A stretch of 64,000 bases of DNA from Takakia lepidozioides (Eukaryota > Plantae > Bryophyta): NCBI GenBank assembly GCA_030704615.1, contig CM060733.1:22072001-22136000 (forward strand), written 5' to 3'. The first letter of the stretch is position 1, and the number at the start of each line of letters is the position of its first letter. The position numbers and the translations under genes are program-made. Positions 61,501-64,000 of the stretch are shown piece after piece. The notes under the pieces are model-generated. The model saw only the letters and a program-made list of their open reading frames with translations, was not told the DNA's origin and did not search any database.

Positions 61501-63327
61501 ATTCCAAAGAAGCTGTCATAGGCACTAACATGAAAGCATCCACATAGAATGAGTGAAATGGAGCAGAGTTCAAACCTGTCAGCCATCTTCCCTATTTCAC
61601 CACCAAGGGCATCAACCTCATGCACCAACTGTGACTTTGCAGGGCCACCCACAGCTGGATTACAGGGCTACTCTTCCCCACCCAAAAATTTCGTGTCAAT
61701 TTTCAACATTAGTATGAATTGCAGCTTTTATGAAAGTAACCCCTTTTCAGTAATACTCTTCATCAGGTCCTCACTGCTGATAACTTAGACCTTTGAAAAC
61801 AGTATATAACTGAACATGTATACTTGAGAGCACTTGCTTGCATTCACTTGCTGATTGGTTGCAATTGGCATGCCATGATGGATCAACTCGTTATGCAAAT
61901 CATGCACCACCAAATTCTACCACAACTTTCCAAAAAGCTTGCCACACCCAGAACTATGCAACCAAATGATGTAAGATCACTGACAGCAAAGCCTCACCTT
62001 CTATGAGAGCTGCCCCTCTTACAACAGGCACCGCAAGGCGAACACATCGAGAGCAGACATCACACAGGAGACATGCTGAATGCTACTTGCATGGTGAATA
62101 TAGACCATGTATACATGATGCATGAGGTTGCCTTTCTCTCCATGGCAGGAGTGCCTTGGAAAATTGCAGCCATTCCCAATAAGCTACTGCTTGCATGAAT
62201 GTCTAGTACCCTGGCATAAACTGCAAAAACTCAACAATGTTGTCGAAGACAAACCTGCCAGGCAATGCGATCCAGATTGAGCGTAAGCAAAAGAGTGCGG
62301 GCTCCCATGCGCGCTGCCGCAAGTGCTGCTTCACAGCCGGCATGACCTCCCCCCACCACCACCACATCGTATCTCTCTGCTTGTGAATTGCCATCTAAAA
62401 GATCCAAAAGCCTGAATTAAGGGACAAGAATTGGATCATATAGAATGAAACCTTCAAAGACGAAAGCTGGTGTGACTGACACTGCAGAATTGGAAGACCG
62501 TTAGTTCTGTATCAGTAAGACAGTGATAGAATTCCAACACTCTGCAAATTGATTCACATGGTAACAATTCCCCAACAAGGAAAGTTACTTATGGACAGAT
62601 TCAGGTATGAATTTGAGTTACTTCCTGCCAGCTACTTTCAGACAATGTTTGCTTCACCATCGTAGAGAGCAGTCCATTTCTCTATATGAGAACGACGTTT
62701 TCTTTGTTACGTAAATGAACTGGGGATCCGAACACGCAAGAGTGATTGTGTAATCTTTATCAAAGCGGCATTACCTGAGGTTGAAAGCAGAGACGCATTA
62801 TCTCCAGATGCAGCCGAGGATGAAGCTCTAGTATAAGTCCTACCTATGTCCAGCGGTGCCGAGACTGATAAATATCCATTTCTACACAGGGAATCACGAT
62901 GTTTCGATATCGTGCAGCCCGAAACAGAACCACTCCAAAGACCTTGCCCATGCTTCACGGAGTTTACGAAAGGCGATTTGAGGGTGCCAGATGCGCCCCG
63001 TAAGACGAGTCTCGCGTGGGAAATTACTACAAAATCCTTCCGGAGATGATTTAAGCGCAAAGAAGGTTTACAGAAAGAAGTATGCCGGTGGGTGGGCGAA
63101 TCTATAAAGACTGAATGCAACGCACAGTTTTGATTAGAACTAGCAAATGGTTCACGAAAGGCTCCTAATTCCTGGAGAAACGGTGTACGGAGGTGAAGTG
63201 AGTGTTGCGTGGCAGGGTTGGAAGAAGGGAGAAAGGGCAGAGGTGATCGGATTGAGGAGAGAGAAGGCATTGTGTTGCATAAATGGCACCTAGCCATGTT
63301 CACCACAACACCTATCCTCGCTCTCAT
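46318..63327 (-). CDS. mnmG: tRNA uridine-34 5-carboxymethylaminomethyl modification enzyme MnmG/GidA, organelle-targeted, 13 exons, ~840 aa from ATG 63327 (alternative ATGs 63297, 63270)
   Basis: Spliced translation contains [16 protein letters not shown] (FAD binding), [123 protein letters not shown] and [15 protein letters not shown]. All 12 introns are GT-AG with compatible phases; exons sum to 2523 nt. Confidence 0.96.
46792..46884 (-). CDS. mnmG: mnmG exon 12
   Basis: [31 protein letters not shown]. Confidence 0.95.
47108..47328 (-). CDS. mnmG: mnmG exon 11
   Basis: [15 protein letters not shown]...[21 protein letters not shown]. Confidence 0.92.
47676..47842 (-). CDS. mnmG: mnmG exon 10
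   Basis: [29 protein letters not shown]...TTRIS. Confidence 0.95.
48535..48602 (-). mobile_element. 68-bp family A 3' tail with 17-bp TSD
   Basis: ACTAAAGGTGAGAGAGA at 48518-48534 and 48603-48619. Confidence 0.85.
48850..48992 (-). CDS. mnmG: mnmG exon 9
   Basis: GLLAGINAA...[21 protein letters not shown]. Confidence 0.95.
49523..49741 (-). CDS. mnmG: mnmG exon 8
   Basis: [11 protein letters not shown]...[10 protein letters not shown]...[15 protein letters not shown]. Confidence 0.95.
50533..51492 (-). mobile_element. RTEX-like family A 3' fragment in mnmG intron 7
   Basis: ORFs 51221..51514 and 50855..51178 are nearly identical to the copy 1 C-terminus; same 3' tail. Confidence 0.9.
51517..51597 (-). 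CDS. mnmG: mnmG exon 7
   Basis: [27 protein letters not shown]; 81 nt, phase 0/0. Confidence 0.95.
52159..52338 (-). CDS. mnmG: mnmG exon 6
   Basis: VRWFSVDP...[18 protein letters not shown]; 180 nt, phase 0/0. Confidence 0.95.
52365..55037 (+). mobile_element. RTEX-like LINE family A, copy 1 (5'-truncated ORF2: RT plus CCHC finger) in mnmG intron 5, antisense to the gene
   Basis: [81 protein letters not shown]; a few frameshifts. Confidence 0.9.
55038..56780 (+). mobile_element. RTEX-like family A, copy 2 (more decayed), head-to-tail with copy 1; ends TTATGAGTATAT before (TC)n
   Basis: Restarts at [17 protein letters not shown]; colinear with copy 1 apart from internal deletions. Confidence 0.9.
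57214..57256 (+). mobile_element. 43-bp family A 3' tail with 14-bp TSD
   Basis: TCTCTGTTTCTTGC at 57200-57213 and 57257-57270. Confidence 0.85.
57343..57492 (+). mobile_element. Family A 3' fragment (internally deleted) with 12-bp TSD
   Basis: ATTCTGTTAGGA at 57331-57342 and 57493-57504. Confidence 0.8.
57635..58468 (-). mobile_element. RTEX-like LINE family B 3' fragment with (CATTT)n tail, inserted in an old family A remnant (57540-58660)
   Basis: AEFACVPW...[32 protein letters not shown]; tail GTTATAAAGCACCATTTCATTTCAT. Confidence 0.85.
58816..59413 (+). mobile_element. RTEX-like family B 3' fragment with (CATTT)n tail
   Basis: [20 protein letters not shown]...[13 protein letters not shown]; stop at 59294; tail to ~59413. 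Confidence 0.85.
59760..60090 (-). CDS. mnmG: mnmG exon 5
   Basis: [11 protein letters not shown]...[14 protein letters not shown]...[11 protein letters not shown]...QPGDDE. Confidence 0.95.
60990..61103 (-). CDS. mnmG: mnmG exon 4
   Basis: [37 protein letters not shown]. Confidence 0.95.
61576..61667 (-). CDS. mnmG: mnmG exon 3
   Basis: [31 protein letters not shown]. Confidence 0.95.
62255..62394 (-). CDS. mnmG: mnmG exon 2
   Basis: [47 protein letters not shown]; AG/GT borders. Confidence 0.95.
62775..63327 (-). CDS. mnmG: mnmG exon 1 (Ser-rich putative transit peptide)
   Basis: ORF 62707..63345; donor TCAG|GTAATG at 62775/62774; phase 1 matches exon 2; start codon uncertain. Confidence 0.75.
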
Positions 63328-63390
63328 GCTGCCATTACCTCCCACATCACCACATCACTTGGCAGAGCTGAGCTCCCGAGTGTGAGCCAG

Positions 63391-63404
63391 AAACCCTAAA
63401 CCCT
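63391..63404. promoter_or_regulatory. telo-box (AAACCCTA) upstream of mnmG
   Basis: AAACCCTAAACCCT lies ~65 bp upstream of the first ATG; telo-boxes are known in promoters/5'UTRs of plant translation-related genes. Confidence 0.4.
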
Positions 63405-64000
63405 TCCAGTCTGTTAGTCTATAATTAACAAGGGCCATCTTAGCAACAAAACCAAAAAAACAATACGTCTCGCTTGACCCATCAATGCAATCAGGGCCAT
63501 GTGCTTCTCTCCAGTCAGCAATGTGAAAAATGCCTCAACACTCTAATTTGCCCAAGCATGATTAGAACGCCAAGATCTTCTCGCAACTTTGTGCTTAGCG
63601 CCAGCTAATGAAAATCTAGCGAAGTCGTGTAAGAGGTTGCGGGTCGTGATCTAAGCAAATGATGTTTTAAAGAAAGGCAAGCTTACTACGGATCGCAGGG
63701 GATGAAGGTCCGTAGGTGGAGTGTGGGTTTTCTGCGGGCATTCGAGTAGTTGCGTGCCACTTCACATTGTTCGCACAAAGTTGTGATATGATATGCATGC
63801 CCACATTCACCTCTCTCATCTTCATGCACCATGTTCACACTCAAATTTCAACCTAGGAATGCATCCTTGCTTTCTTTGCGCTGCAAGGGGAGATCTTCCG
63901 AAGTCGTTATCTGTCGAGCAGAAGACCAGATCCAGCCCATTTCAAGCTGGTGCAGGAGCGCTGAAGTTGCAATCTTTGGATCTGTTGCAGACAATCCCCA

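Overview
Eukaryotic nuclear DNA, probably from a seed-free streptophyte (bryophyte-grade plant or charophyte alga). This is inferred from the spliceosomal introns, a plant-type organellar MnmG, a bryophyte-like DUF7869 relic, and RTEX- and Dualen-like LINEs. The only host gene I can support is a 13-exon mnmG/gidA on the minus strand (46318-63327); every GT-AG junction and phase was checked by hand, and its introns are heavily invaded by two RTEX-like LINE families. Positions 15.5-34.2 kb are a nested/tandem pile of one Ty3/gypsy chromovirus family: 7 LTR copies, 3 gag-pol bodies (one near-intact) and direct LTR-LTR junctions. Its most unusual feature is a ~900-nt non-coding, hairpin-dense module between the pol stop and the PPT, bounded by two homologous hairpin+purine-tract signals. 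The rest is TE debris: a piggyBac-like TTAA element, a tRNA-derived SINE family including a SINE>hAT-MITE>SINE nest, Dualen-like and L1 relics, a telomere-like degenerate satellite and a perfect 41-bp inverted repeat. There is no CRISPR array, rRNA or intact tRNA. Many single-base frameshifts in the repeats may be assembly errors.
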